From Klebsormidium nitens (taxonomy: Eukaryota > Plantae > Klebsormidiophyceae), in the NCBI GenBank assembly GCA_000708835.1, contig DF237639.1, forward strand, positions 1 to 44,493: 44,493 nt of DNA. The letters run 5' to 3'. Each line of letters begins with the position of its first letter. Position 1 is the stretch's first letter. The translations under genes and the position numbers were made by a program. The notes beneath the pieces were generated by a model. It searched no databases. It was given only the letters and a program-made list of their open reading frames with translations, and was not told the DNA's origin. Of the stretch, positions 21,066 to 34,657 are shown in pieces.

Positions 21066-22857
21066 ATGCCTCACTCTGCTACCTTCCCCTTCTTGTGCGC
21101 CAAAATCTATCCTGGGAGAGGCTCAGTGTTTATCGGCGATTGCACAGACTTTCAGCAAAGTGGACGCGAGCCAAACGAGTGGGGTGCGAGAACTGCTGCT
21201 TGTAAGACCTGTCATCATTTTGTTGCCTATGCACGACCGCAGTTGGGGAGGAACACAGAACTTGGCACACGGGTGCGGAAATTTGGGGGCTGGAATGGTC
21301 AGCAGACCAATCCGTCACTTACCCCAGGCGCTCCAAGCCCTCATCATGCGGGCAGAAGAGATGACAGCGGAGCGCCGACTGGGCATGGGAGGGATCTTGG
21401 AGGTTCCCCTGTCAGGCGGCACCAACAGCCAGGCAGCTCAAGTCTGCAGGCACCTCATGAAGAGCCAGAACCTCGCCCAACAAGTGCAGATCGTAGGCCC
21501 CCTGCCGAGCGAGTCCAAAGGTTGAGAGTCGGGGAGTCTCAGAGTGCACATCCCTCTGCCGAAGTCCTTGGCTCAATGTACCCAAGCTTGAGGGAAAGTT
21601 TGCCTCTTCAAGGGACAGGTGATCATGAGCACGATTCAGATCGCAAGAAGAGAAGCGCCGGCGTGACGAGGAGGGAGCTGGAGTGGGAGCAACGGGAGAG
21701 GCAGGAGGAGGCGGCCAGGAGAGAGTGGAAGCGCATGGAGATAGCCCGCAGGCAGCAGGAAGCATGGGACAGGAGGGCTGCCAGCGAGGTGAGGTTGCAG
21801 TGACCTTGCCCTGTTCAAAACGGGGTTTTGCTGCAAAGGATGGCTTTGATGAGGACCGCAGATTTTAGTCGGTGCTGCTCCACCTTGCCAGGCGCTTCTG
21901 CTAAAGTAACTTGGGACCCGTTCTTCAAGTCAAGCTAGACAAATTAGGTTGCTTTCTGTTGAAGTTTGCCTTCTTTCACCTGAAAGGCATCTCCGAAACC
22001 ATACACTATATAGAATACCGCGGGCCACTCGAAAGTAATACGGTTTCTCTGTCACTTTATTGGTTTAGCAATTCTAGGTTGAACAATCTAGAAGAGTCGA
22101 ACCTTTCACGACCTCTTGGTTTGCACCAGGCGCACCCATCTTGGTGCCGCTTTCGTGCTCTTGATGTAATATCGAATGCTTCTTAAGGCAGGCTTTCGTT
22201 GTCTCTCAAAGACTATCTCTCCCCCTTCGCAGCGCTTGTACCAAGCCCGTATTTTTCTGTCTTTCCTCTTACTCGTGCTCAAAGTCGGCTCACTTCCTCT
22301 CCGCAGCATTTCCGTGCCCTCAGCGCGAGGGCCGACCTGGGGTTGCAGGCTGCGCAGCGCAAGTGGGACTTGGAGCTGGACCGCCGGCTGGGGGCAACGG
22401 ACCTGACCAAGGTGCCCCTTCCTGCAATCAACCTTGCAGCGCGGGTAGTCAAGTGGGCAGCCAAAAGGGGCCACAGGGAGCACCGGGGACAGGACCTCCG
22501 GAAGGAGAGGGAAGCGGCGGTGCTGAGAGGCCACAGAGTTGCGTTTCGAAGCTTCTTGGGTGAGGTGAAATGCATGATGCGAGAAATCTTTGGACCCGTA
22601 CAACGTAGTCTGCCTGAGTGGAGCATAAATACTATTGACAATGACAAATCCTTGTTGCTGAACCTGAACTCGCTTGAGCAAACTCCCTAAAAATAAATTC
22701 TCGTCTTGCATTTCTGTCGCTTATCACAGCGATTAATGTTCTCCAACGCATGATGTACTGACTGCCATGTTTTCGCTTCTTTTGGTAGACAACTACACAG
22801 GACGAACGCCTGTTGGAGGCCGAGGGAGTGGAGCCCGAGCGTCCGCTGTTCAAATGA
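21066..22857 (+). CDS. Hypothetical spliced protein with a charged coiled-coil-like region
   Basis: Phase-0 exon chain ~21066-21788, 22307-22564, 22801-22857 (..RRAASE|HFRALSARADLG..RSFLGE|DERLLEAEGVEPERPLFK*). Start codon uncertain; no family recognised. Confidence 0.5.
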
Positions 22858-25454
22858 GAAGTAGACCGCCTTTTGAGTAGCTCTTGATTATGGGACCTGC
22901 ACGGTGTGACACGGATCAGTTGTTGGAAGAACCCATCTATTGCTGTTGTTTCTTGAGCAACTGAGGCATCCTTGACTGGATCACGTAACGGACTTGTCTC
23001 GATACAATGGCTGATTGTCTTGACTGTCTACTCGACCAAGTTTTTGACTGATGAGCATGAAATTCGCCCTCGTGAAAACTTCCGACTGAGGCAGCAAGGA
23101 GGGCTTGCGGGCAACAAATCGGTGTCCATATTGGTCTGTGTTATTGGACAATGCGTATGCTAAACATGAGGGATTGCATGGCCAGCAACGGTGGCTCTCT
23201 GTAGACTCCTTTTTCCCCTTCAATGCTTGAAGCTAGACCAGTTGCGATTACCTCCGCATACTCTTTGGATTGCAACTTGCATAGATTGCTGTGTAAACCT
23301 GGCGCTTCCAAGTAGCCGCAGTCATACAACGGAAGGAGTCATGCAAGTACGGAGTGCATGCGAGAGCGTCTGTTTATTGACCCTTCATGGCAGCATGATG
23401 CTTGCATTGCCCGGGCCTGCTTGGTTGCTGCTAGCCATCATCGGATGCACAGATTGAGATCATGCGCTTCGGATGGCTGAAGTTACGTAGTAGTGTACGT
23501 AGGTAGCCTGCTGGACGAATCATGTGTAAGACCAACCAGAGACTCATAGACGATGATGAGATCCTTCGACAACCCAAATATGTTTGAGACGTTCCCGGGA
23601 CATCCGACAAATTCCTCGAAGCGTGCAGCCAGAACATCGAGACAAAATGCCAGCCAGGCAATGATCTACAGCAGGCCGCGCTGCGCGCGAGCACATCCGC
23701 GCAGAGGCGCGCTGTCGGGCGGCGGCCGCCCATTCAAACTCGGGCGCAGCGAGGCCGACCTGCCCGGGCCTAGCTGCGCAGACGGTTTGTGCAGACGGTT
23801 GAGTAGCTCTGGCATGCCAATGGGGGAGAAGACGCATCACACACGTGCATTGTAAGGAGTGTAAGTTGTCAGCCAGGGAGGCTCAGGAAGGGAAGGCGCT
23901 CGGAGGCAGAAAGCCAGCAGAAAGCAGCCAATGAGGTTGATTGAGGCCATCACAGAAGTTGCGCGATGCTTCTCTGATTGGAATTCATGAACAGCTTGTC
24001 AATAGAAACCTCAGCAATGTGTGGTTCATGATTCGACGGGCCAAGGTCAAGGACGGTTTTGTTTCCATACGGGTGCATAACTGTTGTGGTATAGACAGGG
24101 AGGTTGTGAACTTTGGGTACACAAGGTGGCCTGGAGGAGGTTGTGCAAGCATTGGGGGCTTGCACGCCTGCAGCTCCGAGGGTGTGGTGACGATGCAAGT
24201 ATAGTACATTGCCAACCTGCAAAGTGGGCTTTGTAGAAACAGAATGTCTACCAATGACTTTGAGGGTTACAGCTTGCGGCTGGCAGACAAGCATGGGCAA
24301 CCAAGGAGCATGCTCGCTGCTTCGTTGGAGAAAGCCAGGTAATCAATGCTTGGCTTCTTAGCAACTTTTGTTGCCTGTCTTTGCGTCTGTCTGTCGCAAG
24401 CATTCACCTTGCAATATTAACAATCTGGCTTTTCAGGTTTCTTGCTGGTTCAAACATAAAGTGGTTTTGCAACCAGACGTGTGTCCAACAAATTTCCAGG
24501 GATAGACGACTCATGTGGTCCCTCCTTGTTTGTGCCGCAGCAGCTTCCTCGCATCCAGTCCCTCTGGCAGGGTGCGTCTGCAGTATTCACGAGAGCTTTT
24601 GCTAGAGCTCAGCACCAAGAAAGAGTGCAACGTCTGTCCAGCGGAAGTACCAACTGTCCTGAGAAAGTGAGCATAATCCTGCACACCCCTATGAATCATA
24701 GAAGCAGAGAATTTTGGCTCCGGTCTAAGTCTTTCAGTTACAGGGCAAGAATTGTATTACTTCGTTTTAGGCTATCCATCCTATGAATATTGCAGCAGTA
24801 ATGTGCATTCTGGTTGTTTGCAGAACATTTGTGGGGTTTGTTGGCTTCTGCTTTTTCCTCCTTTTCTACAGCAGGCTGCAGCTGGACTTCAGAATCCATG
24901 CAATGAAAGGGGGAGGTTAACGAGCACTTCAATGGCAAGCGGAGCTACTTATTGGAAGGAGTTGGGTCTTGCAAGAGAAAAATGGATTAGGTTTTTGGGT
25001 TGCGCTTCACACCTGCTGGTTTAACCTGTCTGCAGAGATTATACTGGACCCGGTGCCAAAGAGGACGAAGGCATCCTCATTCAAAGAGGCCCCCGAAATA
25101 CACCTGTAAAGGGAGCAGACGGGTATGCACTGATAACTCACGCCCCATGACGGGCCACAGCTGCCTACTGCGGAGATTCTGAATTGCTACTTGTGCTCGA
25201 ATGGGCTACATGCATGCCTCATAATCTCATTTTAGCAGTTTTGGTTCCCGCTTTCAGCTCCTTTATTGTCTGTCTAGAACATTCTGCTTCTTTCTGTGAG
25301 GAAATCAAATGTGCAATTTCTTTAGTCTGCCTTGGAGGCCTCCTAATGGGGCTTTGAAAACTGTGAAAGTAACTGCTGTGCTGTATGATCAAGACTGCTA
25401 CAGGCTTGTGCATGCTTGCTACAAGTCATTCTTACAATGAGCGCCATTTGTGCA

Positions 25455-28400
25455 GCGAGGGCCGGTCCCCCCAAGAGAATGGCCCTAGCTCTTGGCAACA
25501 TGAACGCGATCGCGATGCCTGGCGGCCTACAGGGAGGCCGCGTAGCTTTGAAGATGAGACTGCGCACATGGGTGGGAGGGGGCTTCAGCGGGGGGGCCCA
25601 GACAGAGAGAGGGACAGATGGGACAAAGAGCGGGGCGAAAAGGAGATTGGGGCAGGGCCCCAACGGGGCAATGGGCCTCGCAATTTCGCTGAAAATCATC
25701 GGCCGATAAACCCCCCAGGCTTTGGTGGGGCGCGCTGGGGGGAAACCCGAGCAGGGCCAGGGGGGAGGTTTAGGCCGGACGATAGGGACCGAGAGGGGTA
25801 CAATGGCCCGGGCCGCTTCCGAGGAGATGAGGGTAAGGGAGGTCAAGATTTTCCCCTCCCATGACGATTTACGGGTAACTCTTTGTGTTTGTAAGCTTCC
25901 TGCTCTTGGATAACAGAGACTGGTGATTGACAGGGAGGGCCTTGAATATTGTCTTTATTGGTTCCATTCGTTTGGTTGTTTTAAGGGCGTTTGCAGAGAG
26001 CAATGCGTCGTCTCCATGCAGGGTCCAGCTGTGTTTCTTTCATAGGTTTACCCCCTTTGTCTTGCTGCCATTCTGCTGCCTTTCTTGGCCTTGTTCACCC
26101 GAAACTTTAGAACCCTGCAAAACACACTGTAAAAGTGACCATCTGAGAAGCACCTGTTGCCCATTCCAGGCGGCCGCGGTGCTGGGCCCGGCCACCACGG
26201 TCCCGGGGGTCCTGCTCGGCCACTCTGGGATCATCCCTCAGGTCGGGACCGAGGGCCCCCAGGTGCAGGAGCCTCTCGCCCAGGTCCAGGCTTTGACAGA
26301 AGAGGGCCTTCAGATGACAAGAGGGGCCCCCCTGCAAGGGTGAGGCCCTGGTGACGATATATGTCAACAGACAAAGAGCTGATTGACTTGATTTGAATAG
26401 AGACTTGTACAATCAGCCATGAGCTTGTACGATCGGCCGTGCGCTTGAACGGTTTGAAGTTGGCGCAAACTCTTTGGAGATTGCAAGGGTGATTGCTGGA
26501 TTGTGTGTAGCAGAAGGATTGGATCCTCATGCTGCCAGCAGCTGCTCAATCAGCTGCTTCTGGTGGGGATGCAGCCGACTGGCGGGAGTGACTGGGACAC
26601 CGACAACTACAAAGATGACGAGACGTTTGGATTTGATGACCCGAAGCAGCAGACCGGGACGGAGAAAGAGGAGGAAGAGAAGAGGCGCCGAGGTAAGAGG
26701 TTGTTGGGAACTCGTAGGCAGTATCATTCTGCACTCTTCCTTTCAGGCATGTGAGAATCAGATTCTCACAATGATCTGGTCTTATGTAACTCGATTTTTC
26801 AGGTGGTGTGATTTGAAGGCCTTTCATTTGAGCACTTGAGCTGTTATTGCCAGAACGACGGCATGATGTTCGTTGTAATAAACCACAGAGTAATTGCTCT
26901 GCACGTCCTCAGCATTTCGGGTTTCCTATTCTGCCACCATTGATACAGCGCTTTTTTTTGCTATGTCAAGCTCGACATTGCTGCTCAACCTGCCTGTTGA
27001 CGAAGGTCTCCCCTGCGGTCATTATACTTCCCGTAGTCTGCGTGCTTTGGATTTCTGTGTCAGCTTTTTGCATTCACATGCTTGCACCACGGAGCGGAGA
27101 ATCCTTATGCCGAAACGACTCAGAGAGCTACTATGCCTCCTGTCACACGTGGATCAGCCTGCATCGGAGATGCGTAATTGTACTGTACTTTTGCACGATG
27201 ACATACGCTTCTGTGTGGGTTGTGATGCATTCGTGTCGGTCCCTGCAGTCCAATTCGAGAAGGAGTTTGAGGCGATGCGGCAGGCGCGCCACAAGAAGCC
27301 CGAGGCCGCCGAGGGCGAGAACACGCCCAGCAAGAAGCACGACGAGGACGGCATCTGGGACACCAACCTCAGCTTCGAGGAGTCGTCCACCACGACCACC
27401 GTCACCGCGGGGGGCCAGGTGAACCGCCGCACCGTCACCTCAACTTTGACCGGGCTGCGCGCCCCCCCCGGCTTTGGAGGGGGTGCCTTCAGAAAGGGCG
27501 AGGACCTGGCCGGGCCCGTCACGCCACGCACGCCGAGGGCGAGCGATGGGGACTGGCGCATCAACAAGCGCGTGGTGACTGAGGAGAGCGTGGAGCCCGC
27601 GAAAGACAAGACACCCGCCAAAGCAGCTGAAGCAGGGGCGGCGGGAGCGAAGGAAGGGAAGAGTGAAAGCAGCTGGCTCAAGACCCCGGGGGGGCCTAGC
27701 CTGCTGGACACTATCTTTGCGTCAGGGGACAAGGGCGCAAAGGAGACGAAAGACGAGGAGGGGAGCGCGAAGGAGGGGAGCGCGAAGCGGGGGGAGAGCC
27801 TGGTGCTCAAGAACCTGTTCAAGAACGCGCACAAGAAGGTGTTCCCCGGGCTGGCAGATGACGACCCGGTGAGTACGCGCTTGGAACCCGTCGAGGGTGT
27901 AGGCCTCCCTCATGAATGCGAGCTTCCTTGGTGGGAGTGCTCGAAAAGCTTGGGAAGTTTGTATTTGCCACTATTGCTGCTATTGCGGACCTTTTTAGTT
28001 CTAACTTTCGTGCGAAAATGTTTGAAAAGGTCCAGCCAAGATTGACTTCGAAATGAGGTGGGGGCATCATTCGAAAGCATGCCGACAAGTAGATAGAACA
28101 GCAGAACATGAGGAAAGGGTTGCGGGCTGACTAGTTGCAGGGACAGCGTCTGAATTGCGGGGCGCTTGTCGCAGGTCACTGAAGCGGTGTTGAGCGACCG
28201 CTGGGCCGATGCTGTCGAGGCAGAGGAAGCTGATGCCAAAGCGTCCAAGTTCGCTCGATGGTTTAACTCGGAAGGTGCGTATAAATCCAGAAGCCAGTCG
28301 ACTGGCACTAGTCGACAAGCACTGGTGATTTCATTTTCCAGACTAAACTACCTTCTGCTCTCCGCCGTCTGTTGCCATCTCAAGCATGCACCTCAACTTG

Positions 28401-30663
28401 TGTTTGAGACAAAGTCGGATCTTAACCAAGGCTTTCACTCGGACACCCAAAAATCGGTTTCCTCATAAGATGAGTCCAGCATCCTGAGCTTTGAGCTGCG
28501 CAAGCAGTCTGATTTCTTCCCTTGTTTACTGCAGAGCCCCGGCCTGCCAGTACGCCGGGTGCGGAGGCCCAAAAGGAGGAAAGCGTGCTGGCATCGTCGG
28601 CCCTCCTATCAATCCTTCAGAAGCCTTCTGCCTCGGCACACTCAGAAGCCGCCCCAGCTCAAGGGGGACCCGCAAACCCGCTGGATCTCCTGTTCCCCTC
28701 GTCGACTGGGAGCGCCCCAAAGGCCATGCCAGCGGGCCCATCCCTTGCTGAGATCGAGCAGGCTATGCAGAGCGCCGCAGGCGGACAGAAGAACGAAAGG
28801 GGCAGCAGCGGAGCAGGCAAGCAAGGAAGTAGGCCCACCGACGACCTTGTAGGGACACCAAAGCAGAGTGTCGGGGGCCTGCAAGATTCGGCGCCTGAGA
28901 GTAAGCCGAAGGCGTCGAAAGCGGAGCCGGGCGGTGTGGCGGTCAAGGGGTTGCGGGATCTGGTCGAGCAGGAGAAGCGGAAGGATCGAAAGAATGCCTC
29001 GGGTGGGGCCCTGCTGGGGCCTCTCGAGGACGTTCTGACTGGTAAGCCTGGCAACGGGGCCGGAACGGACGCGAGAAACAGGGCCCCCGATGTACAGTTA
29101 GCAGAGCTGAGAACCGGTAAAGAGAACGATGCGGGGGTGCCAGCCGGAGGGGCAAAAGCGGACTGGGCGGCAGACGGAAAGGCTTTGCTGTTTGGGGCCC
29201 AGACACAGGCGCCGGCGTCCGCCCCTGGCGGGATGCTGGCGAGCATCTTTGGAGCGGGGCCCGGGCCCAAGCCTGCGGGAGTGCCGGGCAAGAAAGCGGA
29301 CGCACCTGTATTCATGACCCTGGAAGACATTGAGAAATCATTGCTGGAGGAGGCGGGGAAGCCGCGAGCTGGGGAGGTGGCCAAGCCCCCGCCGGCGACT
29401 GCGGCGCCCACTCCGTCCGGGAAAGCAGACGTGGTTGCATCGATGCACCTCTTGTCGCTGCTTAAGAAGGGGCCGCAGACCGGGCAGCCTGCCGGGCCCA
29501 TGGATGCCGGGCCTACGGATGCGGAGCCAGAAAGCAAGGGGCCCGGTGGAGCAGACAGCAAGACCTTGACGGGAGCCGCCAAGGGTGGCATCAACGGGTC
29601 CTTTCTGGAAGAGGGGGGTTGGAGCTTCCCCGAGGGTGAGGGTCCGATGAGCGGAGCCGCTACCTTCTTCGGAGGTCCGGTGGAGAAGTCGAAAGCGGAA
29701 GTTGCTGGAAAGCAAGAGGGCTTGAGAGAGACGGGCAGAGATGCGGGAACAAGGCCGCAGGCGACGCGCGAGGGGGAATTCGTGAATGGGTTTGGGGACG
29801 GCGTGCAGGATGAGCCTGAGATGGTGGGCGACCTGCTCATGCGGCGCCACCTGGCGGGACACGACATCGGGGCCTCCCGCTTCGTCCAGCTGGAAGGCCA
29901 GAGCGAGGTGGCGTTGGCAGAAGAGAACATGCACCGGGTGTCCCGTTTGGGCGCTCCTGAAGGCAGTGGGTGGCGGGGGGGCCCCCCCGGCCCCTTCTAC
30001 GGGGCCCCGCAAGCCCAGCAGCAGGCGCCCCCGGGGATGGTCCCGCCCCAGGCGATGCACCACCTCCATCAGCAGCACCAGCAGCTGCCGCCTCACCTGG
30101 CGGGCCTCTGGCCGTACGGAGCAAACGGGGGCCCGTTCGGCCCGGGGCCCCCCTCCGGGTCCTTTTATGGTGGAGATCGCGGCCCATACGCGGGCGATGA
30201 CAGGCAGAACCAAGTCCTGGAGCGGCAGGGCTCCGGAGCCAGCAACGGGCCGTCGCAGGGGGGGCCTTTCGGGCAGCCGCAAGGGCATGCTGGGGGCATG
30301 CAAGGCCCCCCGATCCCTGGTATATTGCCGCCCTATGCGTTTGACCTCCGGGGGCTGGTTCCCATGGCGGGGCCCCAAGGCATGCCGCCGCAGTTTGCGC
30401 ACATGAGTGGGCCGCTGCCCGGTGCCTACATGCGCCCACTCTTCAACCTTCCGTACACGCCGGAGGGTCTGCACGGAGGAGGGCCGCCGCAGGCAATGTA
30501 TGGTCCCCCCAGCAGCCAATCAGGTCGCTCGGGAGAGCAGCAGCTTGGTCGTCCCCCGCCATCTCAGTTCTTGGGCGGGGGTCCGTACGGCTCGGACTTT
30601 TGGGGCGGGGGTCAGCCAGGGGGCTTGAGCTCGGGAGAAGGCATGCCTTCAGCTGCTCGGTAG
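25455..30663 (+). CDS. CBE1: Large low-complexity protein resembling Arabidopsis At4g01290 (CBE1, eIF4E-binding); 5' exons not resolved
   Basis: Exons ~25455-25831, ~26168-26340, 26575-26692, 27249-27868, 28175-28274, 28535-30663; junction phases were checked from 26575 onward. Short motifs recalled from the At4g01290 family occur in the same order: DDETFG..EEEEKRR..FEAMR, RAPPGF, SKFARWF, then TLEDIEK and LLSLLKKG. N-terminal part is RG/DR-rich. Confidence 0.6.
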
Positions 30664-32472
30664 CTGAGCGTAACGGATGCAAAGCGGGAGCTCAGCAGGT
30701 CAACACCGAGGTCCGTGTCACAAAGGTAGTCACCGGGATGAGGGCCTTACCATGTCGCCACACGCCGGCCAGCGGCAACGATTCTCAGGCGTTTGACAGA
30801 TGGTATGCTCTAAAGGAAATGCAAAAGCTTGGTGGAGAATTTCGGTCGCATTCATCATGTAGCATCTTCTAGGCACTCTGCCTTCGTTGTTTGGTTGCGT
30901 GTCGGTATGCCAGTGACTGTGGCCAGAATGCTATTGACAAGCTGCGCAGTGATGATATCTTCTTTAAGGATGCCCATATAGCCGCTCTCGCCATGAGCGC
31001 CGCAACCGTTGCGGCCGGGCAGATGCATCGCCTGGGGCTCCTACACCTAGTAGCATCCCTATCGAGTCATGAGTATGTAAAAGGTCTGTATTGCAGCGCG
31101 GCTATGCATGACACATGTATAGATTCATGGAAATATAGTCAAAGTTAAGCTTCAACCATCATAATGCATGCAATTTCGTGGTGCGCAGCCGCCATCATAT
31201 GCATGGTACTATAACATGCAGGCTGGCCCGGCGGCCCTGCGTATATGTATACAATTAAACGGGGTACCTCAGCGATCGGAGATACATCCATGTGCTAATG
31301 GTGAACATCTATCCAGGGCGCTATAGGCCACCAAAAGATGCCAAAGCGTCCAGGCAAAATATGCCCTGAGTACTGTTGTCAGTAAGTCCATCCTGCGGCA
31401 CTGTTTGAAACCGTATGTACAAAATGGCTGTCAGCAGAATTCAAAGTGGTGTGAAGCTAGCATAGCCACTCCTACTTGATGGACCATGCCATAACCAGCG
31501 ACTCTGTCCTTTTCATATCGGGAAATCGTGTCTGGAACTAGCTATGTTTACTTGCGAAAAGTGTATGCACGGGCGGGGGAGACGGTGGACCCTTTTCAAC
31601 ATTCAGTTTTGTTACGCTTCATATCTCCTCTCAATGTAAGACCCCCAGATTCCCGTCGTACTCAAGAGGCTTATCTGCAAGAACGAGAAGATCCGCTTTT
31701 GAGAACAATCTGGAATGGTGTTGGAAAACACTGCTTTCCTGTTATCGTTCTTGCTGAAGAGTAGGTTTGCGCACTGCAGCTCACTACTTCCCGCAAATAC
31801 CGTTTGAACATTTCTGTTTGAGTTCGGACGCGATTTTTTGCAGAAGCTTGTACAGAGGCTTCTGGGGCCAATCAAAATTTTATCATCCTTGCAGCGGACG
31901 CTCTACAATTGCTTCGCCGTTCCACCAGCTATTTGGTTCCATTGTTGGGCAATCATCTAATGAGACCATCCCTCTAGAATAAGGGTTTGAGATCAATGCT
32001 TATTCTCGTTACCAAGAAAAGCAGGATCGACAAGAAACTCTCATTACCTTCAGAAGAAACTGCACGTGCAAAGCTTAAGAAGTAACTCCTTTACACAGGA
32101 AAATGCAGGATCGAAATCGGTTGAGGCGTTCGTGAACATCCCACCAAGACCCAGACTACAAAAGAATGCAAGTCGCAGGATACGACTTTTCTCTGCACGC
32201 AGTACTCTCAAACTGAAATCAGGAAGACACTGTCAAAGCCCTACTGCATGCTAAAACTCGAGAGATATCGAAAAAGGTAAAGTGAGAAAGACAACACCGC
32301 CCTTTTTATATCGCAAGCATCTCGGGCTCAACTTTGCTCCAACAGCCAAATAGCGGAGACAAACATGGAGGGACCCTGCATCCTCCATAAACTTTTGCAA
32401 GACATTTAATACCAAAATACATTGGCAATACTGTCTGACTTCAAAATCTTATTGGGAATTCCAAGGGCTGAC

Positions 32473-33923
32473 CTTGCTCCACTCTGCTCCAAGGCCGCTG
32501 ACGCGCTGCTTGAGCTGCATGATGGGCGTGCCCAGCTCCATCTCCACCTTCTTCCTGAGCCAGTTCTCGTCCAGCCCAAAGCTCCCGAGGTACCGGTCAT
32601 ACCGGTCCTTCACAGCCTCAAGCGCCGCCGCAAACGTGTCCTTAGTGGCCTGCAGACAAGGTTTGCAGAGACGGGACGAGGTCACAAAAAAGTAGCTCAC
32701 TTTAGACTTTCCCTTCTGCTGAAGAAGATGGGTCCATAGCAATCGAGTCTCCAGAAAAAAGGAGCTTCTTGTACTTGAAAGAGGATGATTCTTTATGACT
32801 GCACCTTAACGCCTCCACGCCTTTGAGCCACCACACAACACTAGAAATGCCTATCTCTGACATAAACCTCAAAAACAGAGGACAGACGACCACCCTCACA
32901 TTGCCATCATTGCTCTGATCGTCCAGCTCCATCCTCATCTGCTCCAGCCTGTCTGAAAACTTCTCAACCGCATCCGCAGCCCTCCAGGCGTCCTTCAGCA
33001 GCTCCGATTGAGAACCGCCTTTGCTGAGGACGGCCTGCACGTCCTTCTTGACTTCCTCTGGGAGCTTTTGCCAGTTGGAGGCGAGCAGGGCATTGATCGC
33101 CTTGCTGACATCCTCGTCATCGATGTGGGGGAGAGTGGCGCTGGTGTAGCTGCTCATGAAGCGGTAGGGAGTGGAGCTGAAAGCGGAAGGAGCGGCAGCG
33201 CCTGCGGGGGAGACGAGTACTGAGAATTAGTTGTTGGGACGGACCAAGAAAAGATTCCCCTCTCTCAAGCTTGCCCACAGACTGTCAATGTGCGGGTATC
33301 AATGAAGTGCAGGGAAATCCTTGGGGCATTTTAGAAGAAAATTAAGGAGAGCAGTATCTTTGGGAAGTTTTGACTTGCAGTGCCTGATCATCAGAACAAT
33401 CTAGACCGGCTTTGTCCACTATCTCTTTGGCAGCTACAACCTTCCCGCTCCTTCTTGCTACATGCTAAGAGGAAAGCTAGGGAATCTCAATGCAGTGAAA
33501 ATGCTAACACCGTTTGTCCAACGACCGAGTCACTTCTGGTACAAGAGCTGCCAAACCAGAGAAGCTGAAAGCCAGCGAGCCAGATGGAGACTTGTCATGG
33601 CTGGCCTCAGTGCTTGCTAGGTTGTTCAGTGAGTTCTCAGATTCCTTTCACATAAGATAAAAATCATGGCTCTCGCATAGGGATCCGCAATTGCTCTCAT
33701 GTGGTGGCATGACTATTACAAAAGGGAAAGTCTTCACGCGGACCAGGAAAGAAAAGGACTACTCACCAGAGAAAAGTCGGACGTCACTGCCGTGCTGGCA
33801 GGCTGCTCTGCTTTGATCATCAGCTGCCTTGCATGCATTCTCAACAAGCACAGGCAGCGATGCGTGGTTGGATTTCAACATGGTGTTGCGGCCACACTGC
33901 CGAAGAATCAGACGCAGTGCCAT
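32473..33923 (-). CDS. SDH5: Plant-specific succinate dehydrogenase subunit 5, mitochondrial; last exon not located
   Basis: Exons 33767-33923 (presequence-like MALRLILRQCGR..), ~32900-33220 and 32473-32649. LPHIDDEDV..ALLASNWQKLP..AWRAADAVEKF..MELDD and RYDRYLGSFG.DE.WLRKKVEMELGT..LKQRVSGLGAEWSKV match the SDH5 family. Confidence 0.88.
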
Positions 33924-34657
33924 CTTTCCACCCCGTTGCTTTGAGCTTCCCACAGGATGCAATAATAATCTCCAAAAGCCCAATTGGTATGTGGGCGAGG
34001 TCAAAATTGAAACAGAAGCAGCGGAGAGACAAGTCAAAAACCTTGTGGTGGGAGGGAAGGAAATCAGCAGATGGATCATGGGAGGAAGGAGACGATCACA
34101 ATTGTTGCCCTATCCTTGAAAAATTGCGTACATATCAGATTCACGGCTTCTCGCTAACGGTATTCTTGACGGTTTGTCGCCCTATCTAATCAACTAACGA
34201 AGGATGCTTCATCTTGCCACAAGTTTGAAAAACGGGACCTACCGGCGGTATACCCGGCAAGTTACGTGGTAAAAAATCGGACTATACAAATACTATATTT
34301 AAACCGTCATAAGCAGATGAGTTTACTCGGCGGAGCCAACCGTAGTTGTCAATTTCGCCTTACAACCTGCTATATACGTGCGAAACGTTCTTCGCATAAC
34401 CCATCAATTCGGTTTCTGCTTTCCCAGCCCGTGAAAGCTTTCAGCAGCAGCCAGCTTGCGACCCCTGTGTACAGTCGTGCGGACCTGTACAACTTCAAGC
34501 AGACTGCAGAGAGAGTTTACCAGCAGAGAGAGGAAAGGCACTGAAGACAGAATCTGCAGTAAAGGAGCCGCGCTTGGGGTTGGAGGACCAAAGTCTGAAG
34601 ACGTAGAGAGACCGGTTATTTCGTAGGCCGCAGCGTCTGCCCTGCTGGCAACCAGCC
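33924..34657. promoter_or_regulatory. Candidate bidirectional promoter between divergent SDH5 and RPL28
   Basis: The two start codons face away from each other ~735 bp apart, with an AT-richer core around 34260-34400. Confidence 0.5.

Noticed and set aside
28526-30682. Long antisense and alternative-frame ORFs (423, 393, 206, 200 aa)
   Set aside because: Shadows of the GC-rich, low-complexity 713-aa exon; no domain motifs.
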